Translations under genes and position numbers: made by a program
DNA from: a virus
IMG/VR virus record: IMGVR_UViG_3300032287_004273
Coordinates: 15,359 to 79,358 of that record
Direction: 5' to 3' (one strand)
DNA: 64,000 nt
Notes under the pieces: model-generated
Seen by the model: the letters and a program-made list of their open reading frames with translations, nothing else
Databases searched by the model: none
What the model was told of the DNA's origin: nothing
Shown: positions 17,895 to 30,406 of the stretch, piece by piece
Layout: each line of letters begins with the position of its first letter
How positions within the stretch are numbered: the first letter of the stretch is position 1

Positions 17895-18989
17895 ATGAGT
17901 ACTGACAAAAAAATTGACGTAACAAAAACTGCGCAAAGCAATGCCCTTGGACCATCTGCAATTAAATCTGCCATCAAAACCCTCTTGAAGGCTAGAGAGG
18001 TTCCTATGATTTGGGGACCGCCAGGGGTTGGCAAGTCAGATCTCTGTTTTGAGATTGGTAGAGAAACAAATAGAAAAGTTCTCGATATTCGTCTTGCACT
18101 TTGGGAACCAACTGATGTTCGCGGCATTCCCTTTTACGATCCAGAATCTAAAACAATGAAGTGGGCTCCACCTTCTGAGTTGCCACAAGGTAAAAAAGAT
18201 AATCCTATTATTTTATTTGATGAACTTCCTTCTGCGGCACCCACTGTTCAAGTTGGCGCATATCAAATTACTCTAAATCGCAGAATTGGTGAGTACGTGC
18301 TTCCCGAGGGTGCAGATATGATTTGCGCAGGTAATCGCGAAAATGATCGCGGCGTTACTTACAAAATGCCAATGCCCTTGGCTAATCGCTTGATTCATCT
18401 CCAGATGAAAGCGGATTTTAATGATTGGTTTCAATGGGCAATTAATAACGATGTGCATAATGACGTAGTTTCATTTTTGACTTGGTCTAAGAAAGATCTT
18501 TTTGACTTTGATCCAAAGTCTTCGTCAATGGCTTTTGCAACTCCTCGTTCTTGGGAAAAGGCATCTAACATTTTAAAGCATGTAACTAACGAATCTGAAA
18601 ATTTAGTTACTTCATTAATGGGGGGAGCAATTGGTGATGGTTTGGCAATCAGTTTCATGACTTATAGGAAACTTGCAAGCAAGCTTCCCAAAACAGATGA
18701 GATTCTAGATGGTTCGCTCAAGAAACTCAAGAACTCAAAAGACATTTCAATTCTTTACGCTATCTGCATTAACTGCTGCTCAGAACTGAGAGAAAGAATT
18801 GGTCAGAAAAATTGGTTGGAGCAAGTAGATAATTATTTTCAGTTTGCTCTTGACAATTTCATGCAAGAGATGATAGTTGTGGCAGTCAAGTTCGCATTGA
18901 GAAATTACGAACTGCCAATCGATCCATGTAAGCTTAAAACATACAACGCTTTCATGGAAAAAGTAGAAAAACATCTTTTCTCTAATTAA
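17895..18989 (+). CDS. MoxR-type AAA+ ATPase
   Basis: GPPGVGKS Walker A, LFDE Walker B, AGNR, LANR, TPRSW. Confidence 0.9.
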   Translation: MSTDKKIDVTKTAQSNALGPSAIKSAIKTLLKAREVPMIWGPPGVGKSDLCFEIGRETNRKVLDIRLALWEPTDVRGIPFYDPESKTMKWAPPSELPQGKKDNPIILFDELPSAAPTVQVGAYQITLNRRIGEYVLPEGADMICAGNRENDRGVTYKMPMPLANRLIHLQMKADFNDWFQWAINNDVHNDVVSFLTWSKKDLFDFDPKSSSMAFATPRSWEKASNILKHVTNESENLVTSLMGGAIGDGLAISFMTYRKLASKLPKTDEILDGSLKKLKNSKDISILYAICINCCSELRERIGQKNWLEQVDNYFQFALDNFMQEMIVVAVKFALRNYELPIDPCKLKTYNAFMEKVEKHLFSN

Positions 18990-18990
18990 C

Positions 18991-20166
18991 ATGCTCAAGA
19001 AAACGGAACAGTTGTCAGCTACCGATAAAATCATATCGGCAAGAATTAAATTGCTCTTAAGTCAACCGTTTTTCGGAAATATTGTATCTCGTCTCGAATT
19101 AGTCGAGACGAGACAATTTCCAACTGGAGCAACTGATGGATATAGATTATATTTTAATCCAGACTTTATTGATAAATTAACTTCAGCAGAAGTTTTATTT
19201 TTTGTTGCTCATGAGGCTTGCCATATCATTTTTCTTTATTGGGAAAGGCAGAATGATAGAATCAGTCAAATGTGGAATGCTGCTTCTGACTATGCCGCTA
19301 ATGATATTTTAAAAGTAAATAAAATTGGCAAATTAGTTAATGATTGTCTTTGGAGTGATAAGTATAAAAATTCTTATTCTGAAGAGATTTACGACGATCT
19401 GCAAAAAAATGCGCCCAAAAATGCTGCTGCATACGATAAATTCTTAAAAGATTTAGCTTCAAAGATTCTTGATACTCATCTGCCAATGGATAAAGATGGC
19501 GATGGCAATCAAAGAACTCAGGAAGAAATTGATACTTTAGTTAATCAAATCAAACAAGATATCATTTCTGGAATCCAATCTTGTGATTCTGGAAATAGAC
19601 CTCAAGGAATTGATAGAATTGTTGGATCTATCACGAATCCTCAATTATCTTGGCAAGAAGTCATTCGCCAAAAGTGCAAATCAAAAATAAAAAATGATTT
19701 TACTTTTATGCGACCAAGTAAAAGATCTTTTCATACTGGAGTGTATCTGCCAAGCATGCACGTAGAAGATCATATTGATATCTGCATTGCATTTGATGTT
19801 TCTGGCTCAATTGGAGATGATCTAATTTCACTATTCAAATCTGAGATCTTGGGAATTATTTCTGATTTTAAGTCTTGGAATATCAAAATGTGGAGTTTTG
19901 ATACCAAAGTATACAATGTCAAAGAATACTCGTCGGATGGCGATTCTGGCGTACTTGAATACGAACCTCAAGGTGGAGGAGGAACTGACTTCGAATGCAA
20001 TTGGGAATATATGAAAAAGCATGAAATAGATCCTAAGCTTTTCATTATGTTTACCGATCTATATCCATACGGAGGTTGGGGAGATCCAAATTATTGTGAT
20101 ACAATTTTCGTAGGCTACCACAACAAAACAACTATAGCTCCATTTGGAGAAACAATTCATTTATGA
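18991..20166 (+). CDS. DUF2201-type metallopeptidase/VWA protein
   Basis: ATDG, HEACH, DVSGSI MIDAS, GGGGTDF, FTD; adjacent to MoxR. Confidence 0.85.
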   Translation: MLKKTEQLSATDKIISARIKLLLSQPFFGNIVSRLELVETRQFPTGATDGYRLYFNPDFIDKLTSAEVLFFVAHEACHIIFLYWERQNDRISQMWNAASDYAANDILKVNKIGKLVNDCLWSDKYKNSYSEEIYDDLQKNAPKNAAAYDKFLKDLASKILDTHLPMDKDGDGNQRTQEEIDTLVNQIKQDIISGIQSCDSGNRPQGIDRIVGSITNPQLSWQEVIRQKCKSKIKNDFTFMRPSKRSFHTGVYLPSMHVEDHIDICIAFDVSGSIGDDLISLFKSEILGIISDFKSWNIKMWSFDTKVYNVKEYSSDGDSGVLEYEPQGGGGTDFECNWEYMKKHEIDPKLFIMFTDLYPYGGWGDPNYCDTIFVGYHNKTTIAPFGETIHL

Positions 20167-20537
20167 CGCTTTATAAAAAGGTTGGAAGAAAATATGTTGC
20201 AGTAAGCGACACTGAGGCTTATTCTGGACTAGACAATGGTCACTGGCTGATTTCTATCGAAAAGGGTTCGACAAGCTGCAGAAGGGCAATTAATCCAGCT
20301 TTTGCTGAATTAGAACTCGCTTGCCTCTTGACAAGTCATAGGGTTGTGAGCTATCTTAGTGAAGTTAGTGCTGGTAGACCAAAGAGTCGACCTTTGACAG
20401 AAAAAGAACAAAAGGCATTGAAGGCTTTTTACAAGATAGCTGGAAAAGATTGCTTGTTATATTGGGAATATCCCTCTCTGCAAGAAATGGCAGAAAAAAT
20501 AATTAAATTAATTGCTTCAAACGGAAAATGTACTTAA
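20163..20537 (+). CDS. hypothetical protein
   Basis: Overlapping start/stop. Confidence 0.65.
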   Translation: MTLYKKVGRKYVAVSDTEAYSGLDNGHWLISIEKGSTSCRRAINPAFAELELACLLTSHRVVSYLSEVSAGRPKSRPLTEKEQKALKAFYKIAGKDCLLYWEYPSLQEMAEKIIKLIASNGKCT

Positions 20538-20592
20538 ACTTATTGATGTTATATTTGATAATATTCCACACACCAAAATTTTTTAAAAACTT

Positions 20593-20844
20593 ATGACTGA
20601 CATTAATTATGAATTTATAGTAATTGAAACTATTAAAACTTATTTAAGCAATTCGAAGAAAGAAATTGAAATTAATTTAAATTCTTCAATCATCGATATT
20701 GGAATTGACTCACTAGATATGATAGAGATAGGTCTTTTGATCGAAGAAAAATACAAAATAAATGTCCCCGTAGATGATCTTTTGGGAAAGTCAGTTAACT
20801 CAATACAAGATTTAATTTTCTTTCTTCAAGAAAGCAACTCATAA
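20593..20844 (+). CDS. acpP: acyl carrier protein
   Basis: DIGIDSLDMIEI phosphopantetheine motif, acidic, 83 aa. Confidence 0.8.
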   Translation: MTDINYEFIVIETIKTYLSNSKKEIEINLNSSIIDIGIDSLDMIEIGLLIEEKYKINVPVDDLLGKSVNSIQDLIFFLQESNS

Positions 20845-20994
20845 TGATTGCATTATTTAATTCTTTTTTAAATCTTTTTGAAAAAATCTTAAAAAGATGT
20901 GTTTTAGTATGTTTTGCAACAATTGCATTTCCATTTGTAATGATAGCTTTTATGTTTGGAATAATAAATTTACAAAAAATAAATACAGAAGAAG

Positions 20995-22776
20995 ATGAAG
21001 ACTGAATCGCTAGAAATAAATTTAAATGAATTTACTAAAGAAGAATTAATCCTTCTTATTGAAATGGCTCACTCTAAGGACATGACTTTTAATGAGTGTA
21101 TTGTTTTTATAATTAAAAAAGCATTAAATGAATTCGAAACAATTGTCGAAACAATTGAAAGACTCAGAGCTGAACGAGCAACTTCAGATTCTGAAGAATG
21201 AGTATTTGGCTCGAAAAACTTTTCATCTAATAAAGACTGGAAAGGAACCTAAAAGAAAAAACTTATTTAAAAATTTATTTTACCTTGCTGGATTTGGAGA
21301 TAAGTATTTGTTAATGATGTCTACTGGACACAAAAGTATTAATTCTGAACTTTATCAATTTTGCAAAATAAAAACAAAAGAAATAATAGATGAAGACATG
21401 GCAGATTTCATGATTTCAAGCGTTTCTGAAATTTGCAGCAAATATTTAAATTTAGTTTCTTTTAATTTAAATAAATCTTATGTTTGGACTTTAGAAATAG
21501 CTTATTCCGACGTTCAATGGGAAAATATAGATTTAGAACTTTTATGTAATCATTCTGACAACATAGATATTGTTAATTATTTTCCCAGTATTATTAATTT
21601 TAAAAAAATTCCGCAAAATATTAAAAATATTTTAGAAGAAAAAAAGATAGCTTTTGAAACCAAAAAAGAACTCGAAAGACAGCAGATTATGGTTGACTAT
21701 CTTCTTTCTAAAGGTTATAATGTTCAAAAACCAAAATATGAATAGACATACTAAATTAAGTGTAAAACAACCTTACTTATCATTAAACAAACTCGTCTTT
21801 GACGAGGTCTTTGAATTTGACTTTTTTGATTTGAGTTCTTTGCAATTCTCGCTTTCAGAAGTTCAAAAGCAAGAAGGAAATGAAAAGTTTAATTTTGAAA
21901 TCAAAATTAATAGTAGCAAATGCACTATAAAATACTCAAGATTTCAAAAAGAAAATGAAGATATTTCGCTCGAAACTTTTGAAAAAATTCTGGAAGGCAA
22001 AGGTTATCTGATTGTCAAGCCAGTTAAGCCAGCAGTTAAACTAGCTGAGTCAATTAAACCACTAGATCCAAAACAATTTAAAATTGAACCTCTTTCAACA
22101 GCACAAATTGCAGATATAAAGAACTCTTTTGTAAAGAACTCTTTTGATACAAGGTTTATACCCACCATTACGACAGATTATTTAAGTAATTTATATCCGA
22201 ATGGATTAACTTCCGCTAATACCTCAAATACAAATAAATAACATGAAAATCAAAAACATAATCATTGGAGCAATTTTAATGAGCGCATCTATCGTTTCAG
22301 CTATTAAAGCTGTCGATAATAAACAGCCTAAATATTGTCCTGTTGTTGAGCCAATTTTAATTAATCCAGCGGATCTTTACGCTCAAAGTAGTGAGGAACA
22401 GCAATTTATTACTGAAGAGCATTGCTCAAAATGTCAATCTGGAGTTTTTAGATCTAGGATTGATGATCCAAAAAATGAAAAAGGATTAAGTTGCACGTTT
22501 TGCGGTTTCACTAAGTCTTAATAGCCTATGATTCCAGAAATAGGTAAAAAATATAATATAAATTATCTTCCTTGGCCAAGCTTCATAAAAGAACAATCCC
22601 TAGATAAGTATAAGGGTATTGGAACTTATGGAGGAGATTCAAGGATTGAAACCTATGGAATGGAATATGGAGCAGAAGCAAGTGAAATAATTTATTGGTT
22701 TACTGATCTAGAAGGTGGAAAGTGTGGTTGGTTCTCGTCCGAGGATATCATTTCAGAATATAAAGAAGAAGTGTAA
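20995..22776 (+). CDS. run of five hypothetical ORFs (20995-21201, 21128-21745, 21738-22241, 22243-22521, 22528-22776)
   Basis: Closely packed same-strand ORFs; 22243 has a signal peptide and CxxC pairs. Confidence 0.55.
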
Positions 22777-22785
22777 TATTATTAC

Positions 22786-23124
22786 ATGGATTCTAATCAT
22801 TTAAAAGAGTACGGCATAGACATAGGTCTTTTGGTGAGTGGTTTGTTCGGAGCCATACTTCTTACAAGCAAAGGTTCGGCTATGAACCTTCCTAGAACCA
22901 TATCAAGTTTAGTTGGTGGTGCCGCTTCAGCCAATTATATTACCCCTATCGTAGTTAATATTGCAAAATTAGACAATACACATTATCATTATGGTATAGC
23001 CTTCTTATTAGGATTCTTGGGCCTCAAAGGAATTGAATATTTTAGTAAAAAATTAATTCCCGAAGTTGTCGAAGAGCAACTCCCAGTAAAAAAGGCTAGA
23101 AAAACAACCAAAAAGAAAATTTAA
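22786..23124 (+). CDS. holin-like membrane protein
   Basis: Three TM segments, GLFGA/AFLLGFLG, basic C-tail; GTGTAA motif upstream. Confidence 0.6.
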   Translation: MDSNHLKEYGIDIGLLVSGLFGAILLTSKGSAMNLPRTISSLVGGAASANYITPIVVNIAKLDNTHYHYGIAFLLGFLGLKGIEYFSKKLIPEVVEEQLPVKKARKTTKKKI

Positions 23125-23125
23125 T

Positions 23126-23503
23126 ATGACTGGAATAGTATTAATCAATGCGATCTCAAATATAACAACATCAATTTCTTCATTAGCTTTGCTTTTACAT
23201 GTTTTTGGAGATCCAGATAATGAAATTTGGGATAATAAAATTAAAGCTTGGCTTGCAAAAATCGGTTTAAGCGTAATGATTTGTGGTGCCACATCTAACG
23301 CATTGACGCTATCAAATCCTCCTCCAACAGAAGTAGTTTTAAACGTAGGCATTGCTTTGACGCTATTCTGGCTATCTTGGTGGCAATGGGAACTCTTCCA
23401 AAGAATGCACAAAAAAGCTTCAGTTAAACAAGAGCAAAAGCCAGCAACAAAACCAACATTAAAAAGAACTTCTAGACCTAAAACGGTCAAGAAAAATGCT
23501 TAA
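23126..23503 (+). CDS. membrane protein (three TM, basic tail)
   Basis: Hydropathy by eye; follows the holin-like gene. Confidence 0.6.
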   Translation: MTGIVLINAISNITTSISSLALLLHVFGDPDNEIWDNKIKAWLAKIGLSVMICGATSNALTLSNPPPTEVVLNVGIALTLFWLSWWQWELFQRMHKKASVKQEQKPATKPTLKRTSRPKTVKKNA

Positions 23504-24188
23504 AAGGCTTTTTAATTTTAAATTTTCTAGTCTCAGTCTTTTTTCCAAGGCTGAGACTCTTGGCGTATACGTACAATATCCAATAGCAGACTTAGAGTGC
23601 GCTCAAGCATTAGGAGTAATTTGTAAAAAAAAATATAAAATTAAATATTTAAACCATAAAACTTTGACAAAAAAATCTTTAGAAAAGATTGATTGTTTAG
23701 CTTTCCCAGGTGGTTTGGGAGATTCTGATAATTTTGATCATTTACTAAAGGATAAAAAGAAAATCGTCCAAGATTACGTCGCTAACGGTGGCAAATATTT
23801 AGGTATTTGCATGGGTGGATATCTTGCGGGTAAATATTATTTTAATATATTAAAAAATGTAGACGCTGTTCAGTATATTAAAAGAAAAAGAGCTGAATTA
23901 CGATACGAACAAGAAACCGTAACTCCAATTAGATGGAGAGGTAAAACATACAAAATGTTTTTTTATGATGGCTGCGCTTTAGTTGGAGATCAATCTAGCT
24001 TTAAGACAATCGCAAGATATAAAAATGGCGATCCTATGGCCATTATTCAAGGTAATGTCGGCATTATTGGATGCCATCCAGAAAGCCCTAAATACTGGTA
24101 TGAAAACATGCCGTTCGAAAAATATTGGCATGGAGGACGAGATCACGAATTACTGCTTGACTTTATTGAGGAATTGATGCAGAATTAA
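23496..24188 (+). CDS. class I glutamine amidotransferase-like (BPL_N) protein
   Basis: FPGG, YLGICMGGY nucleophile, HPE. Confidence 0.75.
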   Translation: MLKRLFNFKFSSLSLFSKAETLGVYVQYPIADLECAQALGVICKKKYKIKYLNHKTLTKKSLEKIDCLAFPGGLGDSDNFDHLLKDKKKIVQDYVANGGKYLGICMGGYLAGKYYFNILKNVDAVQYIKRKRAELRYEQETVTPIRWRGKTYKMFFYDGCALVGDQSSFKTIARYKNGDPMAIIQGNVGIIGCHPESPKYWYENMPFEKYWHGGRDHELLLDFIEELMQN

Positions 24189-24194
24189 TGCAGA

Positions 24195-27100
24195 ATGAAG
24201 AATAAAAACGAAACAATCTTTATCGTAAGCAATCAAATTGTCTTCCCCAATTCAAAAATCAATTGGCCCGATTTAAATTATCCAGATTCTGGCGAAACAA
24301 TTCTTCGATATTTGCACCTAATTGATTATTCAAACAAAAAAATTCAATTAGATTCTGCAAACGGCCCTTGGTTTGAAAATTCTCAGCTTCCATCTGGCGT
24401 AGGTTTTTATAAAAAGATTTAATTATGCAGAACGGAAAAGGTTCAAAACCAAGACCAATTAAAAATTTTAGTAAGTTTGCGGATAATTGGGACGAAATTA
24501 ATTGGAACAATAAAAAGCCTAAAAAAAATGAAAAAAGTAAAAATCAAAACGCTGTGCTCGACTTGTCTGGACCCATTAGAAGTTGAATGGTCTGAGGAAA
24601 TGAATTGGGCTGGTGAAACAGTTACCGCTCACGAATACATGGCAAAAGCGTTAAATTCAGACTTTGCAAAGATCTGCTGTGATAAATGCTTGGATGAAAT
24701 GCCAGATTTTGATTTTAGCGATCCAAATTATAATGTGGAGTACGTATGAATTTATACAAAAAAGAACCAGAAACTTCAGAACTTGAATCCGTGACAACTC
24801 TTGTTCCAGAGGTTGGAAGTGTTGCTGATTTAATAGATTATTTAATTGATCAGCAAAACAAATATAAAAACCACGAACTCTTTTATAGTTTCGTAAGATC
24901 AAAGAAGGTGTATGGAGAATGACGATTCACTAATGGTCCAAATAGAAGAACAGGATTATCATAAACTTGTAGACACTATTATAGAAGAGTCTTATCTTTT
25001 AGAAGATGAAGATTTAAAATTATACAATAAACTTCTCACTAAGAAAAGACAAGAATTTGATAAGTCTTGTGGGCTCAAATTTGTTTCAGTAACTAGAAAA
25101 AACACATTAGACGGAGAAGACGAATTTGAAGATTACGTAAGATATACTTATTATCATAATTTTAAAGTAATAGATAAGAAAAAATACACTTGGGCAAAAA
25201 TAAAATATGGAATCTAACAAAACTATGAGCGAATCAAATGAATATTTAGTTTCATTCTTTGAGAATGATAATTGGTGGACCAGATATGAAAGCGCCGATA
25301 AAAATAGCGCAATCAAATTCTTTAATGAAGCTAAAGCAAATGAATCTTACAAAGATTGGCGACTAATTAAAAAGACAGTCTCTTTTGAAGTGCTTTATAA
25401 TGATGCGGCTCAGTTGGATCTGTTTTAATATGAATAAAATTTTATTAGTGATTGGATCAATCATAGTTTTAGTTTTTGGAGGCTTGACAACTGGTCTTTT
25501 ATTTGCTTATCTAATGAAGCAATGATATACCTACTCAAGATCTACAAGAGAGATAAAAGAAAAAAAACTGGCTATCGTTTCTGTGGTGAGTACGAATACG
25601 ATAGAAAAGACCCGCATTCGATGCATAGAGAGATAAAAGAGCTATATCCTTTATATTCTCGCGAGGAAGGGTATATGTTCCAAGTCTTTGAAAAAGAAAA
25701 TCCACCATTTGCTTCAACCAAAGATCCTGTATATCAAGCATGAAAATCTTCTTAGATGGCCACAAACCATTCGAAAAACATTTCAAAATTAAATTTGATG
25801 AGCCCAAAATTAAAATCCATAGTAATGGATTTATTTCTGTTACTATAGATTGGCATTCAAAGAAGGGTTGTGAGCATTTCTGGAGATTTAAATATCCAGA
25901 TTTGACCCACAAAATGTTTGGCGGCGAAACAATCTTTAAAAGAAAAAAATATTTAACTAAAGCTGCTGCATTTAATTTTCCAGATCTAAATGTAGATAAT
26001 GAGGATTGCAAGAAGGTGGATTTTAAAGAATTAAAAATGGCTTCTTGGTTTGATATATGCATTGGATCAGAAACGGAAGAAGAATTTTATAAAGATAGAT
26101 ATGATTACATTTTCTTCGAGAATACAAAATATGGTTTAGTTTGTTGGTTTGCGCCAGAAGGTTGGGAAGATTGGAATAACGCAAAAGATTTCGCACAATG
26201 AAACAACTACCAAATATCGGTTCCAAAATAATCTACAAGGGCACTCCACAATATTTTTGGTTTAAAAATATTATTGAAGATGCCAACAATCTTCTAGAGA
26301 TTGGAAAAGAGTATACAATTTCTAGGATGAGATTGAACTCTAGTTGGGTTAGCGTAGTGTTGGAAGAGTTCCCAGATAATAAATTTTCTTTAAGTTTTTT
26401 TAATTATGAATGACCTAATATCCATCAAAAAAGTAACTATTAATAATCATGATCATGCAGCAGTTAAGTTTAATCCAGACGAAGACATTAGTATGTCTTT
26501 CATACAAAATGCCGTATTTTCTTTGATTGTCACTGCTATACGTCCTCTCGAAGAAGAACAAAAACATATGTTTGTTCAATCTATTAAAGATAATATGTCC
26601 AAACTTGATTTGATCCAATTATCGAAAATGACAGAGATGAAATGAAATGCGATGAGTAGTTTAAGTGGACAGAACAGCAATGGACGCATTAGTGGTACAC
26701 GTTCGAGTCGTGTCTCATCGACCTTATTTTATCAATTACGAGAGTTGGATAGAAAGATTTCAAAAATTGACGACAACATAATATTCTGGCTTAGAATCTT
26801 TGATCACAAAGAAGCAAATAAATTAATAAAGAAAAGAGAAGTTCTCGATAAAAAGAGGCAGCAAGTCAGAAATAAAAGAAAAAAGTATGAAGCATAAAAT
26901 TGCTTATAAATTTTACTCCTATGAATGTGGCGACGGATGTTGCACTGAAACTGGGTACGATTGGTACGTAGACGGAGAATTTATTCTTCGTAGTCCAAGC
27001 GAGGACGCTGGATGGATGGCAGTAATACGAAAACTAGGAATTGATGCCACATTGGTTGGGTTGGATGAGAATGATGAAGAAATTTGGGAATTATAATATG

Positions 27101-29102
27101 CAACACTACGTTTTTGAATCTAAGAGAGATCTTCTGTATCATAATAATTATCTTGCTTTGAACGAGGCATTAGAGCAAGCAGGTGTAATGGTCCTTTTGT
27201 TATCAGCAAGTGTGAGCGAACTTCTAGACACCTTGGCTAGAAATAATATTGAGCTGAGTGCAAAATATCTTGACGTTCCAGAGAAATCCGTCTAATATTG
27301 TAGAATGAAAGACAAAACTCCTACACCTTCACTTGAAGAAAAGGTGAAGCAATACGAAGATTTTTTGCATAACATTAACATGATGCTTGTTTCTGGAAGT
27401 ATTAAAGGTGTTCAAAAACTTATTGATCATGCAGACTCTTGGTCATATAGTCATCGGGTAGGAAACGGAGAACTTACAGAAGAGCAACAGCAGGAATTAA
27501 TCAACAGAGCTTTCTGGAACCTCAATAATATTGATCTAAATTGACAGTCCACAGGAAACCCTCTAATATTGTAGTATGAAAATCAAAGATCAGACAGATG
27601 CTGATAAATTTGCTGTTGTTGCTGGCTTTAATTTGGGGTGGAGCAGCAAGTTGTGTACTCTTTCACTTTGCTTTGAAGGAAAAGAAGTGAAATTAAATCA
27701 AGAAGAATGTGATGAACTTCAAAGAGTGTTGAGTGGAAAATGTCATAAAATTCTTGCATTTAGAAACAAAGATGAGTATTCTGCTCACTCAGCAATCTTT
27801 ACATCCTCGACAGACAACAACTCAGGAGAATTGACAATTTATACAGAAGATTCAATTGCAAAGTTTTAAAATGAAATACTATTCCTACAACAAATATTCA
27901 TACAATGTTCATGGAGATGTTGAATCGTGTGTTGTAACATATACAGAATCAGAAATCATTAATATGCATTGGAACTTTTGGAAAAAAATTCTCATAGAGA
28001 AATTTGGCGAAGAGCATTTTACATTAAATTATTCAGAAAAAGATTGTATTGATCAATGGGTTGTATTAAACAAAGCTTGGGTAGAAGAAGTATGATAGAT
28101 AAACAAAAAATACTTTCAGAATTAACTAATCCAAAAAATATTAAAGAAGATGAATACTTGAGCATGAGCCAAGAAGCTTGGGCAGCTCATTTGAGCAGAC
28201 AACTCAATAAGCTTGACACTCCACAGGAAACCTGCTAATATTATAGTATGAAAACACAAGAAGAACTATTTTACGATATTATATTGCTTGGGCAAAAAGT
28301 GGACAACCTGAAAGGTTGGGTGCAGAATGATTTTGATCGAATGATCGCAGATGGTGGAATAACAAAAGAAGATCTTCAGAATCGTCTTCCTCAAATTTTA
28401 GATGATTTTGATGACACAATTGACAAACTAAATGTATTGAAACTTGCTGTGTATAATTCTGTAAAAGAATGCATCTATCAAATATGAGAACAATTAAATT
28501 TAGAATGTGGAGTAAAGAAGCAAAATTATGCTACAGACTTGTATTGCGCTAAAAAACGCAACATGCGTCCACAGGAAACCATCTAATATTGTAGCATCAT
28601 GAGCATCCAAGTATACGCTGAACAAAAAAATGGTTCTCATTTCACAAAAATTAAGATATCCTATGTGATAGAAGGTGTTTTAAACACATTAGAATTGAAA
28701 GATGATGATGCTCAACATTTGTTTGAGGTGTTAAATGGCAGACACGGTGTTATGTTTATTAATAAGAATGATGACACTCCCGCTATGCATATACAGAAGT
28801 AGTATATGCATCAAAGATCTTGGAAAAAGAAGGATTGGAGTATATAATTGAACCAGAATAATATGGCAATCAAACAAAGAACTATAACAGAATACTATTG
28901 TGATGCATGTAATGCTATGTGTTACGATATGAAACCATTCTCAATGCCTACACATGTAACAAACGTAGGATCAAGTAAATTACACTTTCATATAGTATTC
29001 CGATTTAGTAACACTATGCGAGACGGCAAACAGGATTGTTTGATTTGTAATGAATGTCAAAAAGAATATCTTAAAGTCTACTTAAAAGAATTGGAGAAAT
29101 AA
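24195..29102 (+). CDS. about 20 small hypothetical ORFs (e.g. 24528-24749, 24912-25217, 25207-25428, 25522-25743, 25740-26201, 26198-26413, 26406-26645, 26652-26897, 26887-27096, 27098-27295, 27305-27544, 27576-27869, 27871-28095, 28092-28238, 28248-28487, 28599-28802, 28848-29102)
   Basis: Densely packed + strand ORFs with overlapping starts/stops and internal promoters. Confidence 0.55.
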
Positions 29103-30406
29103 TATGAGAAAACTAAAATTTAGATGTTGGAATAAAGAGGAAAATAATTGGCTTAATACTAATTATTTAGAATGTATCAATACTGAAAAAGATAATTTAA
29201 AAGCATTGTATAGTAATACAGCTACTTTAATGTCTATTATTCACCACACTGAAGAGACAAAGGATCGTGTAGTTATTCAACAATTCACTGGCTTGACGGA
29301 AAAATAATGTTGAAATTTACGAAGGGGATATAGTTTCTTTAAATTTAGATTTAGATATTGTCTGCGATTTTTATAAAAAAAGCCAACACACATTGTTGCC
29401 TATTATTTTAAAGGAAATTAAAAACAATGTTTATACGGGGGAAGTAAAGTATGATGAAACTCCATTGGGTGAAGGAATATTAGGTCAATTTACATACTAT
29501 GTAGGTTTGATTCGTTTTGCTGATCTTAAATGTTTAGTTACCAAAAACAGCATTGAAGTAATCGGTAATATTTTTGAAAATGAAACGTAAGCTTATGGAT
29601 GAAATAAAAGAAGTTGTTGAATTTGTAGTACAATGGCAAAGTGAAAACAATAAATATGTTCGCTGTACAGCTTCATTCTCAACAGAAGAATATCTTCGGG
29701 AATACATTAAACATCGAAATATTACTCCTATAAAAATTTGGAGAGAAAGATCCACATTAGTAGATAATAAAGTAGTCAGCGTAGTTAAAGAAAATTATGA
29801 ATAAAGATATTGATCACGATTATACAGATGAAATTGTGTGTCCTTATTGTGGATGTGAATTTAGTGAATCTTATGAATTTGATGGAGATAGCGGAGAATG
29901 TGAATGTTATGAATGTGGGAAAGAATTTGAGTATTATCGGCACATAGAAGTAACGTACTGCACTTACGAAATCACAGAAGAAATGAAAGAGCAGAAACGG
30001 ATTAGAAACGAACAACACAGGCAGCGTATTGAAGAACTTCTCAAACAAGATGAAACGCAATCTAATGGATGAACTAACAGAAGGTATTTGTGCTTTTAGT
30101 ACAATTGCAAAATACAAAAAAGAGATGGAAGAGATTGAACAAATCTTAGGTAAAGCATTAGGTTATCCTTGGTTTAAAGACGATCAATGTAACTTTCCTA
30201 ATGCTACAGAAGCTGATGGAGTTGCTATTGGAGATCATACAGCTTGGTCTTTGGCACATCAAGCAGCAGATAGGATTAAGGAATTAGCTGAAGAAGTAGA
30301 TCGGCATAATGCAAGAGTTCATAAGTTGTCGTTGGAAGAATGGAGAACATTTGATCAAAGCTAAACAAAGCTTGACATCTCTCAGGAAACTCTGTATAAT
30401 AAGATA
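27270..30406 (+). promoter_or_regulatory. repeated sigma70-type leaderless promoters
   Basis: TTGAC(A/G)-17-TA(A/T)(T/A)AT-5/6-ATG at 27270, 27541, 28213, 30372, and a -35-less copy near 28568; shared spacer CCACAGGAAACC or a variant. Confidence 0.8.
29104..29590 (+). pseudogene. YopX-family gene split by a frameshift
   Basis: MRKLKFRCW...QQFTGLT then NNVEIYEGDIV...EVIGNIFE in another frame; break in the A run near 29300. Confidence 0.7.
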
